This document shows, piece by piece, positions 12,104 through 25,791 of a DNA stretch of 64,000 nucleotides. The notes below the pieces were generated by a model that saw nothing but the letters and a program-made list of their open reading frames with translations, was not told the DNA's origin and did no database searches. The stretch comes from Tubiluchus corallicola (taxonomy: Eukaryota; Animalia; Priapulida). Position 1 is the stretch's first letter, and each line of letters begins with the position of its first letter. The DNA lies in NCBI GenBank assembly GCA_030141605.1, contig JAQGDQ010000763.1, forward strand, positions 36,459-100,458, in the 5' to 3' direction. The position numbers and the translations under genes were made by a program.

Positions 12104-12999
12104 GTAATTGTCTTGTACTTTAATGATGTCATGATGTAGAATAATCAACATTTGTGATTTAATAACTTAACTATTGCAAACAGTGGTGGCTCGTAGCTAA
12201 AATTACTACGGGTGGTACTTCAGAAAATTTTTAGCCATTGTTTTAATACTGTGTAAAATGAGACAAACATATGCAATTTTAATATTGTAATTTGTAATTG
12301 TAATTTTAAACAAACAAACACATGAAACTGTATACATAAACTTGATAAAATCCTAAACAAAATAATATTATTTGCTTACGAATAGCCTAAATTGTCGCAG
12401 TTCAGGAATATTCCGGTACACGATTTTTAAGCACGTGACAACTGACAATACACTGTGTGAGCGACAGTATTTTCTCTACCTAGCAGCAGACACTAGCACT
12501 ACAGTGGTAATTCCCTATTTTGTAGAGCTCTATTTCACATTTTGTCTTAGAAACTGTGCAACAGTTCTTAATGGTTGTGTGATGTCTCTGGGAAAGCTGG
12601 TAACCACAGACGCTACGGAGTTCGTCGCTTCCAGTAACCTTTGAACAAAATGAAAAATTTAATCAATTGATAACGTAGCTTTACAATCGCGAAATGTCTG
12701 CAAACTTTGAAAAAATTTATGAATGGTCAAGATCCCATTTTGGCAAAAGACCCACATGAAGACTCGAACCCACGTATTTACTTCATCACTGATGACATCC
12801 ATGGTTCAGCAACAAGTATGACATTTGCAGTAACAGGGATTAAAAATTTGATAGTCAAACAAAAAATTTTCAATCACCATGTAGTGTCATTTGACCTTGG
12901 ATCTTCAAACTTGCTAGTGACTGCATTATGTATTTTTGGTTACAAAATTTTCCTTATTAATTATTATTAAATGGGTCTAATGAGCATGGGAACACTAAC

Positions 13000-13941
13000 C
13001 AATAGGCTAACTAGGTTATAGCCTAGGGCGCCACGGTTTAAAGGGCGTCACATTATAGAAAAATGTTCATTCTTTTCGGAAAAGGTCTGTATACAACCTC
13101 CTCGGCGTATACTTTCATATTCATGTAAGGGCGCACTTTATAACACACCACAGGCAGTTACTGCAACTGCTTCTGTATAAGTGCCACATATCGAACAGGT
13201 GCAAGGTAGTACTCAACAAGCAGCTGAGCAACTTGTTTGAATATAAGCGCCATGCAAATACATGTTAGTAATAATGACCACATGGAAATTAGGTTAATAG
13301 TGTTTCTAATACACCACAAATAATTGTTTGACTTGCTTATGATATAAACAGCCATAAATTCACAATAGAGATGGCCGGGACAAAACTATCAGCCTAGGGC
13401 AGGGGTGTGCAAATTGCGGCCCGCGGGTCACTTGCGGCCCACCGAGAGAATTTGTGTGGCCCGCGAAGAGATTTGTCAACCTATTGGAAGTGCGGCCCGG
13501 GCGATTAATTGAGTGTATCCAGCTGAAGTCCGTGCCACGATCCCAAAGATAGTGCGGGTAGTTTTTTCTACTAGATCGGATGCCATTAACCCTTACAAGA
13601 CGGTTGTAGCTTAATGTCACAGTACTAAACAGACTGTGTGATACACATTACTAATATGCATTGTAATGAAATTACCACTATCTGTCCTGAAAGTAGAAAT
13701 ATATGGTTTGTAATATAAATTTTAATAACTTCTAAAATAGTTTCTTGAGTGTAATAGTGCAGTAGTAATGATGTACGCAGGTCGGATGCAAAAAAATCAT
13801 TATTAGGCCTTTCTGTACTTGGCTCCTTGATCAAACTGCCTGTGGCCCGCACGAATTGTGGGAAAGTTTAATGTGGCCCGGCTAGTCAGATAATTTGCAC
13901 ACCCCTGGCCAGGGGCGTCATCAAGTCTCGATACGCCCCTG
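13000..13941. mobile_element. Host MITE (ends ...ATACGCCCCTG) carrying a nested hAT MITE
   Basis: Reverse-complement homolog of 62788-63720. The left end is approximate. Confidence 0.7.
13400..13907. mobile_element. hAT-like MITE (family B)
   Basis: TIR CAGGGGTGTGCAAATT...AATTTGCACACCCCTG; TSD GCCTAGGG/GCCAGGGG; other copies at 44036 and 62820. Confidence 0.9.
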
Positions 13942-13975
13942 CTACCGTGTAACGTAAAATGAAATTCTAGCTCAC

Positions 13976-14103
13976 CATTCACTGTGCTCCTGGCTTAGCT
14001 TGTTCTCATGTGACAGAGAGGCTTTTAAATCCTCAAAGTTTTTCTCTATGAGCTTGTAAGCATCATTCAGCTCTTCATTATCAGTGAACGAACTCAAGTT
14101 TTG
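13976..14103 (-). CDS. Putative internal exon of an unidentified minus-strand gene
   Basis: TTTTTCCAG acceptor and GTGAG donor; the only open frame reads QNLSSFTDNEELNDAYKLIEKNFEDLKASLSHENKLSQEHSE. No homology recognised. Confidence 0.4.
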
Positions 14104-14112
14104 CTGGAAAAA

Positions 14113-14603
<491 letters not shown>

Positions 14604-15527
14604 ATTTACTTCTTTATTTCAAACTTTCGTTCATAACATATTAGTACAACATTAAAAATATATACAACGAAAATACCAGTAAATAAATACACAAGCACAC
14701 AAAATAAACAACATTACTAATAATAATAATAATAATAATAATAACATTTTGCATCATCGATAATGGTTTCAATCATTATATCAATGAATATCAACAATGT
14801 AAAAATTAAGCATACAATATCCTCCTCCAAATCTGTCTTACACTGGAAGTAAATAAAGTATCACTACCTCAGTAAATAAAGTTTTCACTGTTTGAAATTC
14901 TAGTATTTAGGCTGTAAATGCTTTTTCCTGTAAATAACATAAAAGTACACTAATTTATGTCCCACACAGAAATGTCTCTGGCACTGTGATCGAACTGGTA
15001 ATTGAAAAATTTATGCATTGATATATTATGAGCAACCTGAATTTGCTCATTATGAGACAGAAAGAGAGGGAAGGAGGAAGAGAGAGAGAGAGAGAGGTAT
15101 CTATGTATCTATACAGAAATTCTAACCTGCCTTTTTACATTTGTTCAGCCGTCTACTGCTGACTACTTCCTCTCATATCTGCAACAAATTTACCTCCAAA
15201 AGTGCAAAACACAGAGTTTTGGCTTAAATTCTGTTGTGGTGACACCTACAGGCGAAAATACCCGAACTTATGGAAGAATATTATTTTAAAAACTTACAAA
15301 AAGTAAGGCAATCTGATACGGAATGTACTTGTGATTGGAAAGACTGTGAATGTCATTCTTCAGTTGTAGACTCAGTGCTCGCAACTGGTTGAGTTTTGCC
15401 ATGTGACGAAAATAGCCTGTAAAGTGATTACTGCATGAGAAATAATTACTAAGTTCATCGTATGATAAACCAACTAACAAGATTTTAAAAGTTAAGCCAA
15501 CTGACATTATTATCAAAATGATATTAA

Positions 15528-15985
15528 CCCTTTCATACCCGTTGTATCCCGTGCGATACGAGAATATTTTCTGCCTTTAAAATTAATAAAATTTTAAAAC
15601 TGACAGTTATTTGATCTGTTAATAGTTATTTTGATTTAAGCCAATAACAATAGACTAAAAATGGTGATAAAGTGACAAACTAGAAAATCTACATGGCATA
15701 AAAAACTGCGCAAGGTACAGTACTTTAGAGACGACTTAGTACAGATCAGCATAGCGTGCATACTAAATGTCTTAAATACTTTAAAAAATTATCAGCAGTT
15801 GCAAAATGAAGCACATTTTATGCTTCCGTTGAATCACAATGTATCCCGTGGGATACAGGCTATATTTAGCACGCGGGCACAGGTAGAAAAAATAATTATT
15901 ATGTGTAAACAAGATGGATATACTGAACAAAAGTACTAAATCAAAAAAAATTTCTTATTAAAAAAGCAATTTGGGACTGAAAGGG
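15528..15985. mobile_element. Non-autonomous piggyBac element
   Basis: TTAA-CCCTTTCA...TGAAAGGG-TTAA; subterminal motif TGTATCCCGTG(C/G)GATAC occurs twice. Confidence 0.88.
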
Positions 15986-16226
15986 TTAAAGACTTATGTA
16001 TCTGGAAAAAAGAATTCTTAATAATTTTTAAATATTTGCACCACATGGTAAAACGGCACTGCATTGCTATACCAGTGTGCACCACTGATTCACCAAAAAC
16101 ATTTTATTGATCTTATTGACAATGCAAAGTAATTTAAACTTTTGCTTAGTTAGTCAAGTGTGTGGTACATATGCTCTGATTATTTTTCCAAATTTTACAG
16201 AATGTTGTCTAAACTTGTTTATTTAA

Positions 16227-16781
16227 AGGAAGACCGGACGATTGTTTAGACTTGATCTCATTTTAATTTACTGTCCAAAATACACATTTTCTTGCCTATA
16301 AAAGTTAACAATTTTTCCTTATGTTTGAATAATTAGCTTAGAAAGTTAATTAATGGCAACCAAACACAGCCATTGCTTACATCACAAACTAACCACAGTT
16401 TGTGCAATGGCAGGCGTCTTCCCTTGAGCGTCAAGCACATTTGCATAGGTGTTACAGTACTGTTTAAACGCATGATGTCATGAAAAATGGGGCTTTACAT
16501 CATGTGACGTCCGAAACTAACACTGCAGTTCATGATCATGGTTATCACAGTACCGCCTTCTATTTGTGGGCCACGTGAATGTGACAAAAATGCGCTGCTG
16601 CCAATCTTAGTAGATTCACTGAGACGCGCCTAGCTTTGAAAGTTTAACGAAATTTGAATATTCAAGGTAATTATTATTTAATCTAAGGTGTGATTTAAAA
16701 TAAGAGAGCATGTTGTAGTTTCCAATATTGTAGAGCATTCTTTATTCTGAACTGGTGTTTACACAATCATCCAGTTTTCCT
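16227..16781. mobile_element. Non-autonomous Kolobok-like element
   Basis: TTAA-AGGAAGACCGGACGATTGTTTAGAC...GTTTACACAATCATCCAGTTTTCCT-TTAA (RR...YY ends, TTAA TSD). Confidence 0.75.
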
Positions 16782-18163
16782 TTAAGTGCTTAGCAGTCAT
16801 TGCAGGAGTATAAATATACAAGTTTTATACAGCATTACTGCTGACACAAGCTCTGTATGCAATAAGCAGCATGTAACTGAAATATAATTTCAAATCAAAT
16901 TTTTTAAGCTTTGTTACGAAAAGCGTTTTCTTGTGCTTTAAATTAGAGGTCGGCCAAAAACAAGCCAAATTTAAAACCACGTGAAATTTTTATTTGCCTC
17001 CTTTTGCTTTTGACAACATCATTTTATACTTCGAGGATTCTATTACCTTGAATCAAGATATTTGACACTTTTTAAAAGAAAAACTAAGGCAACAACGAAT
17101 GCTCTTCACAGGCCTTTCCTAAAAAACCTCAGCATATGTGGGTTACAATATAGTTTCCATTTTTGATTTTACTCTTTGCTTTTATCGAATTATCATTGGT
17201 TGTCCCCGTCATAATCTTGAGTTACAGTTTTCCATTTCAAAAATTTTATTTCATGAAAATTAAGATTTCATTCTTAAACATGGCCTCAAAACTGGTCTTA
17301 AAGGCAAAAAACTTTGAAAACATATTTAGCATAACTATAAGTTATAATCAAGATTGTCTAGAAAAGTCTAAAAAACAGCATAATCCATGCTCAGAGTATC
17401 TATATTGTACTACAGGGCTGTGGTGAAATGAAATGTAATGCTGGCGGGGGAATACAGTAGCCTTCTCAGGTGTGCATGTGAACGTGGCTTTATCTAGCAC
17501 AGACTCGTATTCTGACCTTATGTTAGTAAAAACCACTAGTCACATGCACACCTGAACTTATAAAAAGGGAAGGTCTGCTGTAGACCCTTGTCAGTGGTCG
17601 TGTCTTTCATTGCAGCTCTGTTCACATTTCACAGGCTTTGCCGCAAACTCCGTTCTTCTAGGTAAGCTGTTTGTTCCTTATTGGCGGTGTAATATTAAGT
17701 AATAAATTGTCATTTCGACTCTATTATTCGGGTTCTGTTTTGGTTAAGGCATTGAACGACTTAACTGAGACATGCCGCAAGGTGTGGGCCACGGTGCCAT
17801 CCGTCCTGCGTCCGTTAAAAGTGGACAGCAGTCCAATATTTATAAATTGCTGCGAAAACCGTTGCAAGAAAAAATCAGTAGAAATTGTAACTATATGTAC
17901 ACGTGTAGTTGCTTCTTGAACTTTGCACTGACTAAGTCCGTATAAACCTACAGTTTGCATAACTGAGATTCCTTACTGTCAATAGGTGCCTTCTGAATTG
18001 GCAGAAGCGTGCCGTTCCAGCTAATGTACGCGCAAGCTCTTGGGAAAAGATTATTCAGCCTCGTTTTTTCTGTGTAGTCCTATAAAAATAAGAATTATAC
18101 AAACAAAATGTTATTGGAAATTTTATCAACATCGCAATTTCTTTTTCTCCACACTCTCACTTT

Positions 18164-18166
<3 letters not shown>

Positions 18167-18221
<55 letters not shown>

Positions 18222-18222
18222 T

Positions 18223-18261
<39 letters not shown>

Positions 18262-18514
18262 CTCTCTCTCTCTCTCTTGCTCTCTCTCTCCCTCCCTCCC
18301 CCTCTCTCTCTTGCTCTATCTCTCTCTCGCTTGGTCTCTCTCTCTCCCTCCCTCCCCCTCTCTCTCTTGCTCTATCTCTCTCTCGCTTGGTCTCTCTCTC
18401 TCTCTCCCTCCCTCCCCCCTCTCTCTCTCTCTCTCGCTTGCTTTCTCTCTCCCTCTCTCTCTCCCTCCCTCCCCCCTCTCTCTCTCCTCCTCTCGCTTGC
18501 TCTCTCTCTCTCTC
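18167..18514. repeat. Compound (CT)n / CCCT microsatellite
   Basis: Direct reading. Confidence 0.92.
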
Positions 18515-19303
18515 ATTTTCAAATTCCAGAAAATCTATTAAGCAGTTAGCCTAAATGGCCACAAATTTTAATGCAACATTGTTTAGAAACTTAACGAGAA
18601 GCCTTAATGCAGATTTATGGATGACTGCCAGTAAACGTTACCCGGAAAGATCTGTATCGTCCTGCAAACTGCCGCTGAAAATAACCGGTCACGTTTTTTG
18701 CTGCAGCTGCAACTGAGAACAAGAAAAATTGCTTTATTCTCATGTCAATCAAGCATAAGCATCAGCAACAGCATCATCACTAACTGACAACAGTATCAGT
18801 TTATTTATAAGGCATATATCACAAAAATTTTCAAAGTGTGTTACTTTTCAGTAGTTACTTGATAGCTGAATAAGAGCCATTACTGAGTAATTATATTATA
18901 ATGGCATTGTATGCATCGTATAGCACACCATGCATACACAGTATTGCCAAAACAATTACTTTTTGCATAATGACATATCGAAATTGTAAACTGTGATTGT
19001 TGTGACGTCTACTAATATCTTTACTTTACTTTACTTTTATTTCACGGGAATGTTATTATGAATTGTGTTTTCAATGTTATTAAATTGTAAATAAGTACGT
19101 TTTAATTTGTTTATTCGTTGTTTCATTCACTTTTACATACGGGAATCACCAAACTGGACAATAAATATTAATAAAAAGCCTTTTCGAGAACAACATTTTA
19201 GGCAGATTTAGTTTGATACAACGTCTCTCACTTCTCTTCTGAGCAGAAAACAAACAAACGAACCAAAAATGAAATTCAAGTTCTGAGGAAAGACTTTAGT
19301 CTG

Positions 19304-19804
19304 CAGGGATGAGAATTTTTGGAGTTTTCCGAGTTTTTGGAAGACCAGTAGTGCCATCTTTGTAAATCGTGTAAATTTGTTGAGAAAATTTTTACGGACC
19401 CAGTACATTATTTCACAAGCTGACCGCTAATTGGCAGGCCGTCACTTTGTTTACATCGCGTACATCAGTGTAACCACGTGTGTATCGCTATGTATAAAAA
19501 TATAGAATCAATTGTGCGGAGTTATTTGAGTCAATTGCAGACAGTTTTTATATACTTTTGCATAGGAGCGGCCAGTACTTAGACGTTTTTGAGACAATTA
19601 GGTATCATGTATCTTTGATAGTTGGGTATTTTAAATTATGCATGAAACAAGGTAATTGATATTTTAAGTCCACTTAGAGGCTCTCTATGGTCACAAAATT
19701 GCAATTTGTTGCTGGCTCACCTTGAACTCCATTGGGGGCCTAGGTGGCCCCAAAACCCCCGGCCTGTTTCAGAGTTTTTTTACAATTTGTCATTCTCATC
19801 CCTG
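19304..19804. mobile_element. hAT-like MITE (family C)
   Basis: TIR CAGGGATGAGAAT...ATTCTCATCCCTG; flanking duplication (C)TTTAGTCT; second copy at 25792. Confidence 0.88.
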
Positions 19805-21374
19805 CTTTAGTCTTCTTCTCAACATTGTGCCAAAAACACCAAGCAGAATATAGTCTCATTCTCGACATCCGTGTTTGGGGGTATCTAAACACCCTTCCTT
19901 AATAAGAAATGTACATTAGAGCAGAGGAACTGCCTACATAATCCATTTTCCTAGTAGTCACCCATCCATTTACCAAGCGGACCCAGTATGGCCTGAAACT
20001 TGAAACTGCGCTCCCCCATCTAGGCAACTTAAGGATATATACAGAATAAGAAGTAGAAATGCTATTGATGCGTTTGTAGAAATTGTTAAAAATGTTAGAG
20101 GAAAATGTAGCCGAAAAAACGTGGAGTTTATTTTTAAAAATGTGAAGTCCAGTCACTGTCATTTTATATAATTAGATTGCTACCCGTCAATGAAAATATA
20201 AAAGTAAGAGTTATTTATAAAATTAGGTAAATATAAATTTCAATGTAAATCTAGCTATGTTGCTTGTAGTTGTTGATATGTTTTTGTATATAAGCGTTTT
20301 ACTGTTATCGTAGTCACCAGTGACATTAAAAGGAATAATTGTAATTATTTTCTAACTTATTATAATAATGTTCATACTGGTCCCTGCAAAAATAGAGGGA
20401 ATTTATGTATAGTGTGTATGTATTTATGTTAATATATATAATAAAATAGAGTTATAATAATAATAATAATAATGGCTGAACAATCCATATGGAACTAGTG
20501 TTGAAACTTTTAAAAGAATTCTTCGTTACAAGCTTTTCGGTAACTTTTGCACTGACTAATGACCAATCACACAATGACCAACATATTCAGTACCTCTGCA
20601 AGCACTTGATGATCCATCACTCTCACATAACGAAGGCTGCATGAATAATGAAAGAAAAAATTAAACATTGAGGTCTACTGTTATAGTCTGAAGTTTACCA
20701 GCTTGAAGCAGGGCCATGGGTGGTGCTGACTATGGATAGATAGCCCGCTCAGCGGTGGGTGTAGTAGGCATATTTAGAATTCGCGAGAGGACCACGGCGT
20801 CCCGTAATGGGCGTTTTCCCGGACCCAACTCGCGATTTTTTCGAAAGTTTGACAGAACAGCATGCGGAAAAAACGTTCTAGCGGCACCTAGTGGGACTCT
20901 TGGAAGGAGATATATGGCTTTTTAGAAAGAGCAAGAACAGAGCTACACAATGGTGTGGACTATATGTTAGGATAGGTCCACCAAGAGGAGTACTGACGAG
21001 TTAATTACATGTTCTATTTTCGGCAAAACTGCTGACGCAAAGCCATTGTTCTGACGTCATCCATTGTACTCTGTCTATAACGTTATAGCTTTAATTCAGT
21101 AAAAGCTGCCGCTGCTGCCTTTGCGTTAGATAATGTAGGTCTATGTAGGATGTTTGCGTATTTTTGATTATATGTGTATTTATACGCAAATTTTTTTGCA
21201 GGCCTTTGCTAGTTAATATAAATCTCACTACGTCATGCACGATAGTAATACCATTACTAGCACTAATTACAGCAGCAACCAGTAAAATCAGTGAAATAAC
21301 AGAAGGTATACATCAATAATTTATTGAAATAATTGTAGAAGGTTTTGGAAAGTTAGTAGGTCGTCAGTCTGTAC

Positions 21375-21493
21375 CTGATCGTGCTCATTTTGACACAGAG
21401 TTTCTAATTCGGAACATAATACCATCATTTCAATGTGTTCATCAGCCCCACGAAGTATTCTGTGCCAGTGATGTTCATCCAAATATACATTCA
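21375..21493 (-). CDS. Putative exon of an unidentified minus-strand gene
   Basis: TTGCAG acceptor, CAG/GTACAG donor, open frame NVYLDEHHWHRILRGADEHIEMMVLCSELETLCQNEHDQ; its phase-0 end fits exon 13976-14103. Confidence 0.35.
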
Positions 21494-22640
21494 CTGCAAT
21501 GAATCATAAATAAGAAACACAAAGTCACAATGGATTGTTTAATATATAACTTTAACAAATTTAAGCTGCTATGCTATAATTAACAATAGTAATAGCAATA
21601 CCGGTTAGCTGTAGATCTATTTTATAGCAATTATTCAAAATGTTAATTACCTCTGTAATGAGGGCAATATTGAGAAACTATAACAAGAGGTTGCGTTTTT
21701 ACTGCTGCCATTTAAGTAAAAAAACCAGGAGATAATTTAAGCTGAAAGTTTTACACGCAGATAGCGTTCAATGTTGCAAATAATTTAATCATGGTCCGGT
21801 ACATTTTCTGCAGCAGTTTTGTTTACACGCTGCTATTGGCAACGATGGCTAAACCCATTACGAGTAAGGATGTAAATGGCCGCACAAAAAACGATTATAA
21901 GATACACAATGCGCACCTTTTGTAAAATTTCGAAGAAGCCAATAAAATTATTTTGACGCGTTAACTTCTCTTAAACAAAGTTAGCAAGCATCGTTTTCTG
22001 TATTGTGCAAAAAGTCTGATACTATAAGTTTCTTCGCTGACACCTCCCCCCTTTTCTCTTTGCACTAAACCAGACAAATGTTGCCAATCAAAAAAATAAT
22101 TCACAAAATCATTGTAATGTACTAAAAGAAGAAACAAAGTTTGTATTAAAAAAGAAAACCTTTGATGCAGAAAACCAAAATAACCATTAGCAAATTAATT
22201 AGATTGGTTTACTGTTTCGGCATTAGATATTATTTTGTTTTTGCTTTTCGCGTATTGATCTTGTGATGAAACTATACTTGACCGGTTTATGCTGGTTTTT
22301 CCGACTTCGCTGACGCTGAGCTCATTCGTTGCTTTTGTGAGAAAAGATGTTACAGATTTTTCTTGGTTTTTCTTTTAATCCGTGCTTATGATTTTCTCTA
22401 ACGTGATTATGTTGCCATTCTATATTAAGTACATCTTCTACGTAGATTTCTCCGACACGAAAGGGTGGTTTCCGATATAATTTCAAGGAATAAAGGTCGG
22501 ATTAGGAGCAGCGTGCTTTTTGATCTTGCAGCACGACAACGTTGCGTTAGAAATTTCCCACCAATCTACAGTAACAAAATTATTTTTGGTTGTTTTTTAA
22601 ACATATGCCTCCTAAATGCGTTGACGAATTCAATCAAACC

Positions 22641-22658
22641 ATGGATGCAGTTTTTACA
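22641..22658 (+). CDS. SLC25A38: SLC25A38 exon 1 (MDAVFT)
   Basis: AACCATGG Kozak-like context, GTAAGT donor, phase 0 fits exon 2. Confidence 0.7.
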
Positions 22659-22984
22659 GTAAGTGTTATCTTGCTGTACTACAACTGTCTCATAATCATG
22701 TACATGGTCACACTGCCGTTGCACAAACTTGTTCATAATGATGATGCTTTCACGTATTTGGTAATTTTTTCGTTTCTTCGTCAGGACATTGTCAAAACTC
22801 GTGTTGAAACTGTTAAGTCACGCAGAGAGAACAACTTTCTTTTATTATGTTCTTGACTGAGTCGCTGTTTGTGGGGAAAATGGCAAAAGATCTGCTGATT
22901 CATGCTGTAATGCGCTGTGTTTTTATTAATGCTTTGACCGAAATGAAAAACAAAATGTGTTACGGATTGTTCAGATTAGCATGT

Positions 22985-23255
22985 TTTCTTGTCAAGTAAC
23001 TTGCAAATGTGTTCAGACTAGAGAGCAAACTTGCTGCGAGTAACTGTGACACTAAGCATGAGCTGACCCTCCCTTCTCTCGTCAGTGCAAGAAGTGTAAC
23101 TCACCGAGCCATTCACACAAGACTGTAACTTGCAGGAAATCAACTCACAGCAACTGTAGGAGTTTGCAATAAATTGCTGACAGTAACTCTCAAGGCAGTT
23201 CACACTTGCGAGTCTGCTGTCAGAGGGAAAACTCGAGACAAACTTGTCTAAGAAA
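22985..23255. mobile_element. Harbinger-like MITE related to the element at 37815
   Basis: TGTGTTCAGACTAG end; internal sequence is the reverse-complement homolog of 37815-38030. Confidence 0.6.
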
Positions 23256-23459
23256 TGAATGATATTATTATAAGTGGGGTGGTGTTTGACGATTAACTAA
23301 CATCGTGGAGAAAGTCACATAAACATAAAAATAATGTGGTTGATTGTGGCGCGTGATCATAACTAACCATGATTGTAAAGGTTAATCCTTTAAGATGGTG
23401 AGACACTAACCTGATGAAGCTGCCTCACCAGTCCACCACTATTTGAATGTGAACAATAT

Positions 23460-24119
23460 GTGCGCTTGCATAGCGAAATTGTCCATAAGTCAGCAACTAA
23501 CCTTTTGTAGTTATTCACATATCCTGAATCTCCATTTCATGAGAATCATTTTGATACCAAGCCCATTGCTCGATGTTATCTCTAACCTGAGATAATCCAC
23601 ATTGAAGTTGAGGTGCAGGCCGTGCAGTGAAAAATGTAATCTCGAGAAAATCGCTGTTAAAGTCAGCCATTGGTTCTTGTGGCGTCTCGACAAAACACTT
23701 AGCAACCGTACAAAAGTGCAGTTGCTATGGACTTTGCAAGAACACGTTGAACTTGTGTTTAAATCTAGTAGATGGCTTTTCCTGACGAAGATTTGGGCTT
23801 GTCAACAGAAAAAAATGAAGCAAAATGACTGCTTCCTCGTGCTGCTATCGGAGTTTGAAAATACAAGTTTTTGCAATTGCTGTATTAGTTTCTGGGCAGA
23901 GAAATGGGCACTGGGTTATAAAATTAAATTTTTAATATTTTTTGGACATTTTCTTGATAATTTGATGCTAAAATATAAAAGTCCAGTATATTTGGTGTTT
24001 GCTTTTATAAGAAATAAAAAATTGACATTAGACTAAAATTTTGGTACTTTCTACTTTGAAGCATCGTAATGTAGTTTTAACTATGCCGACTTATGGACAA
24101 TTTTGGTTTGCAAGCACAC
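23460..24119. mobile_element. Sola1-like MITE
   Basis: About 33-bp TIR (GTGCGCTTGCA..AAATTGTCCATAAGTC), flanked by ATAT/ATTT; second copy at 43044-43702. Confidence 0.7.
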
Positions 24120-24788
24120 ATTTAGTTCTATGTCCTCTCTCAACAGCCGGAATCAGTACAGTCAACCATTCGCAGTGAATACTGAATCCGGCAGTCACCC
24201 CCCCCCCCCCCATTCATTCGCGGACCATTCTATGTATTGCGTAACTTCAGTTGCTGTGTGACTCTCTGGCTATTCTCCGCTCACCTTAACCTGAGACTGT
24301 CAAGTAGTTGTCGCTTGTCGGGGCATATTAGTAACTTCTTCATCTAATGAAAGCAGTAGGGCAGCTGCTTGTTACACTAAAAGTATTTAAAGCTCCGAGT
24401 GAGAACATTGGGTCCCTCAACCCCGATGACAAACCGCATGCCTTGACGTCAATTTGTGGGGATGGTAAAACAAGCTTGTAGCAGCTAAGTGTAAAAACAT
24501 TTTATTGCCTAAATTTGTTGCAGAATTGAAACTGATGTTTTTCGTGCAAAATTTGCATATTATGAGCCTGGGTATAATTGTGAAAGGCAGTCAGCAATGA
24601 TTGCGAATTATCTGACTAAGAAACTAAAAAAAACTGAAAGAAATTATAAAAACTAGGCATATTTTTTCAATGCCATCTGCGTTTCTGATGTTGAACTAGA
24701 CTAGAAATAATAACTTTAACTTTTATAACGTTCAAAATGTTCTCAGTGACGCTAACGTTTAAGGCAAATGTTTTTTCTTTATTTTCAG

Positions 24789-24901
24789 AGTCCTTTGTTC
24801 AAATCATTTTTGGCTGGTTCCTTTAGTGGAACTTGCTCAACTATAGTTTTCCAACCGCTTGACCTTGTCAAGACCAGAATTCAGGCTCCAATGACTATTG
24901 G
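24789..24901 (+). CDS. SLC25A38: SLC25A38 exon 2
   Basis: [32 protein letters not shown]: first carrier signature PxDxxKxR; AG/GT ends. Confidence 0.93.
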
Positions 24902-24987
24902 GTACGTTTCTTAAGTACTGTGTTGTTGTTTATATATCTTATATTATATTACATTTAACGACGTAATATGACGTATAGTACCTTTAA

Positions 24988-25652
24988 AGGACAAGAAAAG
25001 GGGTACCGGAAGTAGGCTTCAGAAAAATCACCTTGAAAATTATACCACCTTACATCATTTTTAAGCACATATCATATTCGCGTTTAAAGGAAGTTTGTTT
25101 GTTTTCATTTGAAATCTCCGGAGTCACTGTTCCGACTGCGCCATTACATGACGTCACCTAAGCACAACGTAAATCGGGGGAAGAAAGGTCAATGTTAAAT
25201 TATACATGTCCCAAAAAACTTTCCATGGAAATTTATATTGCTTAGCATTTCGCTTACGTGCTGGAAAGACTTATGTGATTAGAAATAATAATTTAAAATG
25301 TTCATGTCAATTGGTAAAATGTCACTGGCTCATCCTCTAGGGTGCACCACCCACTAACCAAAGACGTGTTTTTAATCTTATTGACAAGACAGTAATTTAG
25401 AATTTTACTTAGTTAGTACCGTGTGTGCGACGAATGCCCTGATTATTTTTTCAAACTTCACGGATTGTTCACTCAAACGACCTACCATCAAAATGGCTGC
25501 GCCTAATTGTCATCGCGGGAGTTTAAATTTACAAATTTTATACAGCATTGCTGCCGACGCAAGCCCTGCATGCAAAAAGGCAGTATGTAAGTGGTATGAA
25601 ACTTCAAGATGAATTTTTTAAGCTTCATGTAAGTGGAGGGTTTTCTTGTGCT
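24988..25652. mobile_element. Kolobok-like non-autonomous element (degenerate)
   Basis: TTAA-AGGACAAGAAAA...TTTTCTTGTGCT; internal homology to about 50000-50830. Confidence 0.6.
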
Positions 25653-25791
25653 TTGTCTCTCTAGTTTAGTATTCAGTACATGTACATGTGCTAAAAAGGT
25701 ACATGCAATTTATGTTAGATGTGAGAAATTTATCACTAAATGATTACATCGCTCGATTGCTTCGTTAGACGTTTAATTTCTTTATATAGCC

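Noticed and set aside
19945-20010. 5S rRNA-like segment on the minus strand (GGATGGGTGAC)
   Set aside because: Only a short box C-like match; too degenerate to call a 5S gene and at best a SINE remnant.
22196-22490. Minus-strand first coding exon next to the SLC25A38 promoter
   Set aside because: Stops interrupt all frames and there is no suitable ATG-donor pair.
23411-23440. Hammerhead ribozyme cores (CTGATGA/CTGACGA here and near 20993, 43366, 58762)
   Set aside because: No correctly placed GAAA with supporting stems II and III.
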